Assembly (NCBI GenBank): GCA_041484665.1
Contig: JBGPIA010000012.1
Coordinates: 65,914-129,913 of the forward strand
Source: Candidatus Krumholzibacteriia bacterium
GTDB lineage: Bacteria > Krumholzibacteriota > Krumholzibacteriia > JAJRXK01
Direction of reading: 5' to 3'
DNA: 64,000 nucleotides
Of the stretch, positions 48,476 through 58,417 are shown piece by piece. Below the pieces are notes generated by a model. The model did not search any database. It was given only the letters and a program-made list of their open reading frames with translations, and was not told where the DNA came from. The stretch's first letter is position 1, and each line of letters begins with the position of its first letter. The translations under genes were made by a program, and so were the position numbers.

Positions 48476-48657
48476 ATGCAACTTGCAGTCTTCGGCGCGT
48501 CGGGCCGTACGGGACAAGCATTGATCGACTTAGCTCTCTCGCGGGGGTGGGGTCTGCGCGCTCTGGTCCGGCCTGCGTCCCGTTTTCAGGCGCGGTCAGG
48601 CGTGGAGATTGTTCGCGGGACGCTGGACTCGGCACCTGCGCACTCGTGCCGCCTGCT
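48476..48657 (+). pseudogene. Truncated NAD(P)H-binding (Rossmann) protein
   Basis: MQLAVFGASGRTGQALI...RALVR...VEIVRG, then runs into the convergent gene. Confidence 0.7.
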
Positions 48658-49650
48658 CTACGCCGTCTCCTCCCAGAACTGCGCGAGGAGATTCGCCGTG
48701 ACGCGCCGCCGATAGGCGGCGCTGCTGCGCACGTCATCGATCGGCGCGATCTCGTTCTGGAGAACGCGCTGCGCCGCTTCGATGGGACCGCCGGCGGCCA
48801 GCAGAGCCTCGGTCTTGGGCGCGCGCACGACGGTCGGGGCGACGCTGCCCAGCGCGATGCGCACCACGGGTTGCCGCACGGATTTCTCTTCGGGGGCTGC
48901 GCCATGCCCGGCCTGCGCTGCTCGCGCTGCCCGCGCTGGGTGGGCTGGCTGGGCTGCCTGCACGGCTCGCGCTTTCGGCCCGCGTTGCGCTCTTGGCCCG
49001 TCGCTGCCCGCGCGCCCGCCCGCATCCTGGACAGACGGCGGTCCCCACACGCCCGCGAACACGATCTTGGAGATCGCCTGCGCGGCGCGCGTACCCACCT
49101 TGCGGAACCACTGGCGACCCAAGACGGGCGGCACCTCCACGGCCACGATGAGCTCGTCTTGGCGCATCACGCTCTGGCGGTAACCCGTGTAGAACTTCGT
49201 GAACGCCACGCGGCGGCTGCCGGCAACGCTCTGCAGCACGACCGTGGCCTCGGCTGCCGCGAGCACCGGCAAGGTGTCACCCGCCGGCGATCCATTGGCA
49301 ATGTTGCCACCGATCGTGCCGCGATTCTGGATTTGGTGACCTCCGACCTGACGCGCCGCCTCGCACAACATCGGCAGCCGCTCCCGCACCACGTCACTGC
49401 GCAGCAGCTGCGTATAGGTGATCAGGGCGCCGATCACCAGCGCCTCCTCGCGCAGCTCGATCTGGCGCAGCTCGTCCAGACCCCACAGGTTCAGCAAGCT
49501 CCGCTGCGGAAGCGTTCCGAAGTTGAGGCTGACGTACAGGTCGGTGGCGCCGGCCAGCGGGGTCAGTGGCCCCTTGTCATGCAACATCGCCAGCGCCTCG
49601 CGCAGCGAGCGCGGCTCGAGCAATGTAAGCGCCGAGATGGCGGTGCGCAT
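48658..49650 (-). CDS. Xanthine dehydrogenase/CoxM-family FAD subunit
   Basis: PLAGATDL, QIQNRGTIGGNIANGSPAGD, PIDDVRSSAAYR. Confidence 0.92.
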   Translation of the reverse strand: MRTAISALTLLEPRSLREALAMLHDKGPLTPLAGATDLYVSLNFGTLPQRSLLNLWGLDELRQIELREEALVIGALITYTQLLRSDVVRERLPMLCEAARQVGGHQIQNRGTIGGNIANGSPAGDTLPVLAAAEATVVLQSVAGSRRVAFTKFYTGYRQSVMRQDELIVAVEVPPVLGRQWFRKVGTRAAQAISKIVFAGVWGPPSVQDAGGRAGSDGPRAQRGPKARAVQAAQPAHPARAARAAQAGHGAAPEEKSVRQPVVRIALGSVAPTVVRAPKTEALLAAGGPIEAAQRVLQNEIAPIDDVRSSAAYRRRVTANLLAQFWEETA

Positions 49651-49657
49651 GGCAGTG

Positions 49658-50209
49658 TCAGCTCCGCTTGGCCCCGGCACGGGCGGGCGACTTGCGCGGG
49701 GCTGCCGCGCGGCGGGCCGCCTTGCCCTTGGTCGGCGCATCTGCCACGGCGAGCTGCGCTTTCTGCACCGCGCGGTAGATCCCCTCGTAGCCCGTGCATC
49801 GACAGAGATTGCCCGCGAGGCCTTCGCGAATCTGCTCCAGCGTCGCGCCGGCCGGCAGCGCTGCGGCCGCCATGACCATCCCCGGCGTACAGATGCCGCA
49901 CTGCGCGCCACCCTCGGTGACGAAGGCCTCCTGCAGCGGATGCAGCCGGTGCAAAGCATCGCCATCGCGCTCGCGGCCGGCCGTGATCCCTTCAATCGTC
50001 TGCACGCTCGCGCCTCGCGCCTGCGCGAAGGGCAGCAGGCACGAGTTCACGGGCTGCCCGTCCAGTAGCACCGTGCACGCGCCGCATTCACCCTCGCCGC
50101 AGCCCTCCTTGGTGCCGGTGAGGCCGCACTCTTCGCGCAGCACGTCGAGCAGGCGCCTCAGCGGGTGTGCATCGACGTCGACCGGCTTGCCGTTGAGGGT
50201 GAATCGCAT
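49658..50209 (-). CDS. Xanthine dehydrogenase/CoxS-family 2x[2Fe-2S] subunit
   Basis: GCGEGECGAC, QCGICTPG, GNLCRCTGY. Confidence 0.95.
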   Translation of the reverse strand: MRFTLNGKPVDVDAHPLRRLLDVLREECGLTGTKEGCGEGECGACTVLLDGQPVNSCLLPFAQARGASVQTIEGITAGRERDGDALHRLHPLQEAFVTEGGAQCGICTPGMVMAAAALPAGATLEQIREGLAGNLCRCTGYEGIYRAVQKAQLAVADAPTKGKAARRAAAPRKSPARAGAKRS

Positions 50210-50229
50210 CGCGATGCTTCCCTACTTCT

Positions 50230-52608
50230 TCACTTCTTCTTGGGCCCGCTCTTACGCGCCGCGCTCGGTTTGGCCGCTGCCGTGCTCCCAGCCTTGCTGC
50301 CGGGTTTCCCACCGGTCTTGCCGCCGGACTTCCCGCCGGCCTTGGCGCCACGCTTGGCGCCGGACTTGGCACCGGGCTTGGCACCGGCCTTCTCGCCGGC
50401 CGGGCTGGCGGACGTGCCACCAGCTTCCCCACCAGCCTTGCCAGTTGCCGTGCCGCCAGTCGTTGCAGCGGCAACCCCAGCGAGCGAACCCAGCGGAAGC
50501 GACGCGCCCTCGGGCACCAGCTCCACGATGCGCTCGGGCAGCGCCGGCACCTCGCGAAGATCCAGTCCCAGGGAACGCAGCGCGTTCACCACGGCGGGGG
50601 CCGGCCCATCCATGGGCAACTCGCCCACGCCCTTGGCGCCGTGCGGGCCGTGGGCGTAGGGGCTCTCCAGGATGGCCACGTCCATGGGCGGCGTGTCGAG
50701 CGTGGTCGGCACGATGTAGTTGGTGAGCTGCGCGTTGGACATACGCCCGTCGCGCAGGTCGACGCGCTCCAGCAGCGCAAAGCCCAGCCCTTGTGCGGTG
50801 CCCCCCTCGATCTGCCCGCGCGCGAGCACCGGGTGGATCGCCTTGCCGATCTCGGCCACGGCGGTGAGCCTCACGGGCCGGACCTCGTAGGTCACCGGGT
50901 CGACCTCCACCTCGGCCACGTTGCAGCCCCACGCGTAGGCGCCGTAGGCATCGCCGCGGTAGGTCTCGTCGCTCCACTCGATCTCGGCGGGTTTCTCGTA
51001 CTGCTTGGTGATCGTAAGCGGGCCGTGTTGGCGGAGATAGTCACGCGGCGCCAAGCCACGCAGCTTCTTCTTCATCTCGAGGGCGGCCTGCTCGAGGATG
51101 CGGCCCACCACCATGCAGGTGCGCGACGCGACGGTCGGCCCGCTGTCGGGGACCTCGGCCGTATCGACGGCAGCGACCTCCACGTGCTCGTAGGGGATCC
51201 CCAGCGCATCGGCCACGATCTGGGCGTGCATCGTGCGCGTCCCCTGGCCGATCTCGGTGCTTGCGACACGGATGCGCACCCCGTCCGGAGTCAGCTCGAG
51301 GGCGGCCTTGCTGGCGAGCTTGACCTCCCCACCACCCGTGAACCCCGCACCGTGGAAGACCAACGAAAGGCCGATTCCGCGGCGGGTCCCGGCCAGCTCG
51401 CGGCGGCGCCGGTCGAAGTCGGTGCGCTGGACCGCTTCGCGCAGGACGTCCAAAGCGCTGGCGTCGCCTCCGAGCTTCTGCCCGGTCGCCGTCGTGTCGC
51501 CGGGGCGCAACGCGTTGACTTCGCGCACGCGCACCGGATCGAGGCCCAGTTGCTCGGCGATGCGCTCCATGTGCACCTCGGCCGCGAACAAGGTCTGCGG
51601 CGCGCCGAATCCGCGGAAAGCCCCGTTGGGCGGGGTGTTGGTCATCACCACCCGCCCGTGCACACGCACATTGTCGCAGCGGTACGGCCCGGTGGCATGG
51701 ATGCAGCCGCGCGAGAGCACCACCGGCGAGAGCGTGCAGTACGCGCCGCCGTCCAGCAGCACATCGATCTCGATGGCCGTCAGCCGCCCATCGCGCGTGA
51801 CACCGGTGCGGTGGCGCACGATGGAGGGGTGCCGCTTGGTGGTAGCGAGCATGTCCTCGACCCGGTCGTAGACGATCTTCACCGGCCGGCCCGACTTCAG
51901 GGCCAGCAGCGCCGCGTGGCCGGCGATCATCGAGGGGTACTCTTCCTTGCCGCCAAAGCCGCCGCCAGTCTCGGTCTGCACGACGCGCACCTTTTCGGCG
52001 GGCAGGCCCAGCAGCACCATGAGCGCACGATGCACGTAGTACGGGCACTGCAGCGAGCCGTAGACGATGATGCCGCCGTCATCCGGCACCGCGATCACAC
52101 CCTGCGGCTCGATGTAGATGTGCTCCTGGTGGCCGGTGCGGTACTCGCCCTCGACGATCGCGTCCGCCGCGGCAAAGCCGGCCCGCAGTTCACCCTTGGC
52201 GATCGTGATCTCCTTGAACACGCGCGTCGAGGCGCGCGGATCGAAGACCGGCGTGGTCGGCTTGACGCCGATGCGCACCTGCGCCTGCAGGAGCTGCTCG
52301 CGGTCCTCGTGGGCCAGCAGCAGGATGGGCTCCTCGGCGTGGCGGATTTCGCGTTGCACGAGGCAGGGCTGATCGTCCTCGATCAGGGCGATGACATTGC
52401 GGCCGGGGATGTCGCGGTCCTCGACCACCGTGAAGCCGGCGGCGTCGAAGTCGAGGTCGACGCGCGTGACGGTGCCGCAGGGGACCGACGAACGGATCGT
52501 CCGCCCGTAGAGCATCCCGGGAAAGCGCAGGTCGTCGATGTAGAGGGCGCTGCCCGTGACCTTGGCAGCCCCTTCCTTGCGCGGGACGTTGTGGCCGACG
52601 GAAGGCAT
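50230..52608 (-). CDS. Xanthine dehydrogenase-family molybdopterin-binding subunit with Gly/Ala/Lys tail
   Basis: GGGFGGK, AFRGFG, EIGQG, TVASR, GQIEGG, GAKGVGE; ATG 52608. Confidence 0.94.
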   Translation of the reverse strand: MPSVGHNVPRKEGAAKVTGSALYIDDLRFPGMLYGRTIRSSVPCGTVTRVDLDFDAAGFTVVEDRDIPGRNVIALIEDDQPCLVQREIRHAEEPILLLAHEDREQLLQAQVRIGVKPTTPVFDPRASTRVFKEITIAKGELRAGFAAADAIVEGEYRTGHQEHIYIEPQGVIAVPDDGGIIVYGSLQCPYYVHRALMVLLGLPAEKVRVVQTETGGGFGGKEEYPSMIAGHAALLALKSGRPVKIVYDRVEDMLATTKRHPSIVRHRTGVTRDGRLTAIEIDVLLDGGAYCTLSPVVLSRGCIHATGPYRCDNVRVHGRVVMTNTPPNGAFRGFGAPQTLFAAEVHMERIAEQLGLDPVRVREVNALRPGDTTATGQKLGGDASALDVLREAVQRTDFDRRRRELAGTRRGIGLSLVFHGAGFTGGGEVKLASKAALELTPDGVRIRVASTEIGQGTRTMHAQIVADALGIPYEHVEVAAVDTAEVPDSGPTVASRTCMVVGRILEQAALEMKKKLRGLAPRDYLRQHGPLTITKQYEKPAEIEWSDETYRGDAYGAYAWGCNVAEVEVDPVTYEVRPVRLTAVAEIGKAIHPVLARGQIEGGTAQGLGFALLERVDLRDGRMSNAQLTNYIVPTTLDTPPMDVAILESPYAHGPHGAKGVGELPMDGPAPAVVNALRSLGLDLREVPALPERIVELVPEGASLPLGSLAGVAAATTGGTATGKAGGEAGGTSASPAGEKAGAKPGAKSGAKRGAKAGGKSGGKTGGKPGSKAGSTAAAKPSAARKSGPKKK

Positions 52609-52847
52609 GGGTCGGGCTCCACCTCGCGCAGGGCCGCTGCGATCGGCCAACGGAAGACCGGGGTCGGATCGGCGGCACGCCAGGCGCGGCTGGCCACCGA
52701 CCCGCCGGCGGCGGGCGCCAAGGATGGCATGGGGGATACCGCTTAGCAAGAACGCCTCAGGCGCCTCAGGCGGTCCTTGCGTCCGGGCGGGCCGCTCCCC
52801 ATCGTGAGGGCAGGCTCCATTCACCCTCGCTCCCGCGAGGTGCCCGG

Positions 52848-54578
52848 ATGCGTGTGCTCTTCGTCTTCCCGGACCTGTCTCCGGATGTGACGAGCTACAC
52901 GGGCGTCGCGTCCTATGGCATTGCCGTGCTGTCGGCGGAGCTCAAGCGGGCCGGGCACGAGGTCGCTCTCCTCCATCTGACATCCCCGCCATCGCGCGAT
53001 GACTTCTGCGCACGCGTGCGGGCCGCCGCGCCCGACCTCATCGCATTCTCGGCCAACAGCCACTACGCGCGCCGGCTTCCCGAGTGGGCCGCCTGGGCGC
53101 GCTCGGCGAGCCCCGCTGCCATCGCCGCCGGCGGCATCCACGCCACCCTGGCCCCCGAGCAGGTGTCGGGCATCCCGCAGGTCGACTTCACCTGCGTTGG
53201 CGAGGGGGAGTCCGCCCTGCTGGAGCTGTGCGACGCGCTGGAGAGCGGTCGCGATCCTACGGGAATCGCGAGCATCTGGGCGCGCCGCGGCGACAGCATC
53301 GTGCGCAATCCGGTGCGCTCACTTTGCGCGGATCTCGATGGGCTTCCCGATCCCGATCTGGGGCTTTTCGACTTCGACCGCCTCTATCCTGTACGCCTGG
53401 GCCGCTTCCCGTACCTGATGTCGCGTGGATGCGCCTACGGGTGCTCGTACTGCTGCGCGCACACTCTGCGCAAGCTCGCATCGCGCGCCTCGCCCGGGAT
53501 CCCGGCCCGGGCGGCGACGGCCGGAGTGCCAGCCGGACCCGCGGGCTTCGGACCGTCCGTCGCGACCCGCACGCCCTACTGGCGTTTCTTGTCGCCCCCG
53601 CGCGCGGCCGCGCAGCTCGCCACGTTGCTCGAGCGCCACATGCCCAACGCGCCCGAGATCCACTTCCTCGACGCCATCTTCTTCCCAAACCGCGAATGGC
53701 TACGGCCCTTCGCCGCCCACTACAAGCAGCTCGTCGGCAGGCCCTTCTCGTGCAACCTGCGCGCGGATCTGGTCGACGAAGAGGCCGCGGAGATCCTCGC
53801 CGACATGGGCTGTACGGCTGCTCGCCTCGGCGTGGAATCGGGCGATGAGGAGATCACCCGGCTCGTGCTGACGCGCGGTCTGGACATCGACAGCATCCGC
53901 CGCGCGTTCGGGCTGCTGCGCGCGCACGGCATCGCGCGCTGGTCCTACAACATGGTCGGACTGCCCACCGAGACCCTGGGTAAGGCCCTGCAGACCGTCC
54001 GCCTCAATGCCGAGCTCGACCCCGAGCTGGCGATCCCCTTCATCTTCTATCCGTACCCCGGCACGCGGCTGCACACGGTCTGTGAGCGTGAGGGCTTCCT
54101 GACCGAGCGCGAGTACGACCACTACTTCTTGGGCGTCACGACCAGGCTGCCGACCTTCAAGGAGGCCGACATCCTGTTCGTCCACCGCTTTTTCTCCCCA
54201 CTGGTCCGGCTGTACGCCGTAGCGCGGCCGTGGCCGCCTGCGGCCCGCCGCCGCTGGGAGAGCGCGGTCACCGCCGTGCTGACCAGCCCGCTGTTTCCGC
54301 GCGCCGCGATCCTCGCCGTCCGCGAGCGCTACAAGCGGATGCGACACGTCGTGGGCGAGCGGCTCATCCGCCGCTCGCCCGCGCTCTATCGTCGGCTGGG
54401 GGGACGAGCTCCCGGGGCGGGGATCGCGGCTGCGCCACACGTTGCCGGGGCGCGGGCAGTCGCGACGCTTGCTTCCGGGGCGGGCGCTGCAACGACACGC
54501 GCCGCCGAGTGCAACGCACCCGCAGCGCGCGCTGGCGCAACGCGGGCCACCCGATCCGCCGCCAACGGGTCACCATGA
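52848..54578 (+). CDS. B12-binding-domain radical SAM protein
   Basis: GGIHAT, VGEGE, SRGCAYGCSYC (CxxxCxxC), LGVESG, MVGLPTET, PYPGT. Confidence 0.92.
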   Translation: MRVLFVFPDLSPDVTSYTGVASYGIAVLSAELKRAGHEVALLHLTSPPSRDDFCARVRAAAPDLIAFSANSHYARRLPEWAAWARSASPAAIAAGGIHATLAPEQVSGIPQVDFTCVGEGESALLELCDALESGRDPTGIASIWARRGDSIVRNPVRSLCADLDGLPDPDLGLFDFDRLYPVRLGRFPYLMSRGCAYGCSYCCAHTLRKLASRASPGIPARAATAGVPAGPAGFGPSVATRTPYWRFLSPPRAAAQLATLLERHMPNAPEIHFLDAIFFPNREWLRPFAAHYKQLVGRPFSCNLRADLVDEEAAEILADMGCTAARLGVESGDEEITRLVLTRGLDIDSIRRAFGLLRAHGIARWSYNMVGLPTETLGKALQTVRLNAELDPELAIPFIFYPYPGTRLHTVCEREGFLTEREYDHYFLGVTTRLPTFKEADILFVHRFFSPLVRLYAVARPWPPAARRRWESAVTAVLTSPLFPRAAILAVRERYKRMRHVVGERLIRRSPALYRRLGGRAPGAGIAAAPHVAGARAVATLASGAGAATTRAAECNAPAARAGATRATRSAANGSP

Positions 54579-55672
54579 AGGTGCGGCGCATTCCGCTTTC
54601 CAGGCTCCCGCCCGGTGCGATCGACCGGCTCGTCGGGGATCACTTCTTTGCCTCCGAGGCATTCGCCCAGCTGTGGCGCGCCAAGGGGGGCCGGCCCGTG
54701 GTGTGGGCGGTGGTGGGCGATGGCCCGGGCGGCGGCGCAGCCAGTCGGGGTGGCACGCCGGGTCCCAGTGGCACCGCGGTTCTGAGCGGCATGCCCGGCC
54801 CGCGTGGCGCTGCGGGTCCGGGCGGCGGGGCGGGCCCGGGCGATGCGGCGGGTCCGCGCGGCGCGGCGGCCGCCATCGTCGCGATCGTCCCCGGCGTCGA
54901 GTTCGGCCGCGGGCCCATCGCCCGCTTCGCGTCGATGCCGGACGGTTGCTACGGCGGCGTCTTCTTCGCCGAAGGTCGCGACGACGGCCCGGCGGCGGCG
55001 TTATCTGCCGAGCACGAGCGCCTCGCGCGCATGCTCCTGGATGCCGTAGCACGCCGACGCTACCTGCGCGCTCACCTGTTCGACTTCTACGGGACGCTCC
55101 CTGCGGATCCACGATTCGAGACCTTTACCTGCACCACGACGCTCGTGGACATCTCCGATCCCCGCTGGGACCCGCCCGACAAGACGCTGCTCGCGCAGAT
55201 TCGCAAGGCGCGCCGCGAGGGGATCCACGTCGAGCCGTTCGATTGGAGTCGTCACCGGGACAGCTTCCTGCAGCTCATGCGCGCCACCGAGCGGCGTCAC
55301 GGCCAGCGGCCGCGCTTCTCCAGACGTTTCTTCGCCCGGCTCGCCGCTCTGGCGCAGCGCGACGAGCGCGTGCAATGGCTATGGTGCGAGCACGACGGCC
55401 ATCCTGCCGCCTCGCATATCTACGTTCTCGAGCATGGCGTGCTGCAGGGCTGGCAGATCTACTTCGACAAGGCGTTCTCGTTCCTCAAGCCCAATCAGTA
55501 CATGCGCTTCACGACCTGCCGCGCGATGCTGCAGCGCGGAATCCACTGGTTGAACCTGGGCGGTACGCCCGAGAACGCGCCGGGGCTTGCGTCCTACAAG
55601 CGCCGCTGGGGCGGCGAGGTCATACGCTATCCGGGGTACGTGCGCAGCTGCGGGCCGGGACGGTGGCTATAG
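54575..55672 (+). CDS. GNAT/FemAB-like acyltransferase, translationally coupled to the radical SAM gene
   Basis: ATGA overlap; YGG, QIRKARREG, LKPNQYM, LNLGGT...GLASYKRRWGG. Confidence 0.82.
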   Translation: MKVRRIPLSRLPPGAIDRLVGDHFFASEAFAQLWRAKGGRPVVWAVVGDGPGGGAASRGGTPGPSGTAVLSGMPGPRGAAGPGGGAGPGDAAGPRGAAAAIVAIVPGVEFGRGPIARFASMPDGCYGGVFFAEGRDDGPAAALSAEHERLARMLLDAVARRRYLRAHLFDFYGTLPADPRFETFTCTTTLVDISDPRWDPPDKTLLAQIRKARREGIHVEPFDWSRHRDSFLQLMRATERRHGQRPRFSRRFFARLAALAQRDERVQWLWCEHDGHPAASHIYVLEHGVLQGWQIYFDKAFSFLKPNQYMRFTTCRAMLQRGIHWLNLGGTPENAPGLASYKRRWGGEVIRYPGYVRSCGPGRWL

Positions 55673-55783
55673 GCTCCATGGATCGGCTACGCAGAGACGG
55701 AACCCCTCGGCGGGGGCAACGCTCCCGCCCCGCAATGCCGGCAACTGTCTGCGTGCGCTGGGGTGGACTGCAGCGGCGCGCCG

Positions 55784-57211
55784 CTACTCATCCTCATCGC
55801 CCGCCACCACATCCCCCACCCGCTTCCAGACCAGCACCCCGCCCGTCCATGTCCAGTCAAGCCGCGCGATCGCGCCATCCGCGCCACGCACGATCGAAAC
55901 ATCCCCGTAGCCTTGGGGCGAGAAGAACGTGGTCGCCGACGTCGGAACGAGCGCCCGCTCCCCCGCAAACGCGGTCCCGCGCTTCACGCGCAGCGTGAAC
56001 TCCTGGCCGCTATCCGCGCGGTACTTGCCCTCGTAGCGGCGCAGCACACTGTCGGCGACCGCCACGGCTTTGACGTTGAGCCGCCTGGTTGCGGGCACGT
56101 CCTCGCCATTGATGATCTTGGGCAGCGCGTCGCGCATGCGGTCGATCGCCCCAGTGTGCAGGTTGCTGGTGAAAATCACCTCCACCGCGGTATCGGCGTA
56201 GTAATCGGCGAAGGCGATGTATCCGTTCGTGTTGCCGTTCCAGCGCAGGCCATTGTCACGCAGCAGCGCGGTCTTGGCCGTTTCGCCAAGTGCGCTCGCC
56301 AGCAGCGCCTGGATCAACTTGTGGAGGTCGTCGGGCGTCGAGAAGACGGCACCCGCGCCCACCAGGAACGAGTAATCCTTCAGGGGAGCTTTGCGGATCG
56401 CCCCAAGCCCGGGCAGATAGCTCGCGGCGCGGTCGTGGATGAGGGTCCACCCGTCGGGATGTACGGAGTGCGTCATTGCGGCGCGGCGGAAGAGCCGCTC
56501 GTCGATCGCCTGCCCGTACGTCTGCCCGGTCGCCAGCTCGATGATCCGCGCCAGGACGCTGTAGCCGGCCGAGCTGTAGACCGACTTCTCCCCCGGCGCG
56601 AACATCAGCTGCGCCTTTTTCACGTACTCGACCATCTCCGCCGCGGTCGTCGGCCGGATCTCATCGCACGCTCTCGTGACCCGATGCGGGATGCCGGCCC
56701 GGTGGTTCAGCAGGTGGGAGATGGTAATCTGGTCGCCGCACGGGAATCCCGGGATCCACTGGTCGACCGTCTGGTCGGGCGAGAGCTTCTTCTCGTCGAC
56801 GAGCTGGCAGACCGGAGCGATCGTCATCGGCGTGTTGATGGAGGCCACGCAGAAGCGCGTCTGCGGCGTGTTGGGCACGCCCGTCTCGTAGTCGGCCATG
56901 CCGTAGGAGCGCTCGAGCAGCACCTCTCCCTTGCGCGCGATCAGCAGCGTGCCCGACAGGTGACCGTCCTGCAGGTAGGGGTCCAGGTAGGCCTCGATCC
57001 GGGGGGCGAGCTCGCGCGCAGAGAGCGCGGCGGCCTGCGGTGCCGCCCCCACAGGCGCGGCAGCCGCGGACGCAGGGGTTGGGGATGCGGGGGTTGGGAA
57101 TGCGGGGGCCGACGCCGGAGCGGATGGAGAGGTCGCGCCGACGCCGGCAGAGGTCGAGACGGGTACGGATGCGAGCACCGCGACGGCGATGACCGCGACG
57201 AACCGCAGTAC
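55784..57211 (-). CDS. Serine hydrolase (class C beta-lactamase family), possibly decaying
   Basis: SYGMAD, FCVASINT (SxxK position is SxxT), LLNHRAGI, APGEKSVYSSAGY; RBS GGAGG is followed by GTA rather than GTG. Confidence 0.75.
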   Translation of the reverse strand, partial: VLRFVAVIAVAVLASVPVSTSAGVGATSPSAPASAPAFPTPASPTPASAAAAPVGAAPQAAALSARELAPRIEAYLDPYLQDGHLSGTLLIARKGEVLLERSYGMADYETGVPNTPQTRFCVASINTPMTIAPVCQLVDEKKLSPDQTVDQWIPGFPCGDQITISHLLNHRAGIPHRVTRACDEIRPTTAAEMVEYVKKAQLMFAPGEKSVYSSAGYSVLARIIELATGQTYGQAIDERLFRRAAMTHSVHPDGWTLIHDRAASYLPGLGAIRKAPLKDYSFLVGAGAVFSTPDDLHKLIQALLASALGETAKTALLRDNGLRWNGNTNGYIAFADYYADTAVEVIFTSNLHTGAIDRMRDALPKIINGEDVPATRRLNVKAVAVADSVLRRYEGKYRADSGQEFTLRVKRGTAFAGERALVPTSATTFFSPQGYGDVSIVRGADGAIARLDWTWTGGVLVWKRVGDVVAGDEDE

Positions 57212-57639
57212 GGTGGAACCTCCCCTGGTGGACGGCGATCTCAAGCAAGGGCCGGCGCGCGCCCGCTGTTTGGTCGTCAGTTGCCCAGTTGACAGTGCGT
57301 CGGGCGTCCATCGGGCGACGGCCGCTCCGGCGGCGGCCCGGCGAGCAGGAAGTTGCATCGGCGCAGCGCGCCGATCTCACCTGTTGGACGGTCGTGCGGG
57401 CCGGATGGTTGCTGAGGATCGGGGGCCCCGGGGCTGCCGGAAGAAGCGACGGCGTGGTCCTTCCAGGATGCGGGGGCTTAGACGGCAGCTGGACGCCGCC
57501 CGCCGCGGTACCAGCTCAGCTGTAGCCCGCGTTCCTTGACCGAGGCAGCTCCGGATGAACCCTCGAGATTGTGGTGCTCAACCCGCGGTTAGGCCGGTGA
57601 TCAACGGTGGTGCGGACATCATGGTTGGCAGCATCACGC

Positions 57640-57668
57640 TTGACGTTGCTAACGCATGGCGTTACTAT
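57640..57668 (+). promoter_or_regulatory. higBA promoter with overlapping palindromic operator
   Basis: TTGACG-N17-TACTAT; TAACGC-ATG-GCGTTA at 57650-57664; ATG only 6 nt after the -10. Confidence 0.8.
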
Positions 57669-57674
57669 GTCGGC

Positions 57675-57953
57675 ATGATCGTCTCGTTCCGCGATCGGGA
57701 CACCGAGCGCCTCGCCCAAGGGCAACGTGTCAAGCGGTTCGGGGGCATTGCCACGGTCGCCAGGCGGAAGCTCAGGCAGCTGGAGATCGCCGGGGTGCTC
57801 GAGGACCTTCGCGTTCCCCCTGGAAATCGGCTCGAGACCCTCAAGGGCGATCGGGCGGGCCAGTACAGCATTCGGGTGAACGATCAGTTCCGGGTCTGCT
57901 TCCGATGGACGCCGGCAGGTCCAGCAGATGTCGAGATCGTGGACTATCACTGA
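57675..57953 (+). CDS. higB: HigB toxin (RelE/ParE superfamily)
   Basis: MIVSFRDRDTE...DLRVPPGNRLETLKGDRAGQYSIRVNDQFRVCFRW...VEIVDYH. Confidence 0.95.
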   Translation: MIVSFRDRDTERLAQGQRVKRFGGIATVARRKLRQLEIAGVLEDLRVPPGNRLETLKGDRAGQYSIRVNDQFRVCFRWTPAGPADVEIVDYH

Positions 57954-57961
57954 GGACGCCA

Positions 57962-58285
57962 ATGTCGAAGACGAAGCACAAGCCCGTGACGCCGGGTGAG
58001 CTCCTGCTCGAGGAGTTCCTGAAGCCGATGGGGATCTCCCAGTACCGCCTTGCGAAGGAGATCGGGGTGCCGGCTCAGCGGATTGGCGAGATCATCGCGG
58101 GCAGGCGGTCGGTGACCGCGGATACGGACCTGAGACTCTGCCGGTTCTTCGGGCTCTCGAACGGATACTGGCTCCGGGCCCAGGCGGCCTACGACACGGA
58201 CATCGCGGCCGACGCCCTATCGGCCACGCTCCGAAAGATCAAGCCGTGGGCTGGGTCGGGCCGCCCGGTCGGTCACACGGCCTAA
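57962..58285 (+). CDS. higA: HigA antitoxin (HTH Xre)
   Basis: PGELLLEEFLKPMGISQYRLAKEIGVP..RI.EI..GRRSVTADTDLRL..FFG...YWL. Confidence 0.95.
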   Translation: MSKTKHKPVTPGELLLEEFLKPMGISQYRLAKEIGVPAQRIGEIIAGRRSVTADTDLRLCRFFGLSNGYWLRAQAAYDTDIAADALSATLRKIKPWAGSGRPVGHTA

Positions 58286-58417
58286 CCGGCCGTTTCAGCA
58301 GTCGGCCGCCTTCGCCGGCCGCTGCTGAACGGCACCCCGATATCACTCTGAAGATCGTCGAAAAGCGCTCTCCTCCCGGCCATCGCCCACGCGTCAGTTT
58401 ACACGGGCCACTTCATG

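Larger units (their letters stand above)
57588..58339 (+). mobile_element. Integron-type gene cassette (attC-bounded) carrying higBA
   Basis: 5' GTTAGGCCG (57588) is complementary to CGGCCTAAC (58278-58286); L''/L' pair GTTTCAGC...GCTGAAC around a GC hairpin; downstream R' degenerate (GATATCA). Confidence 0.65.
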
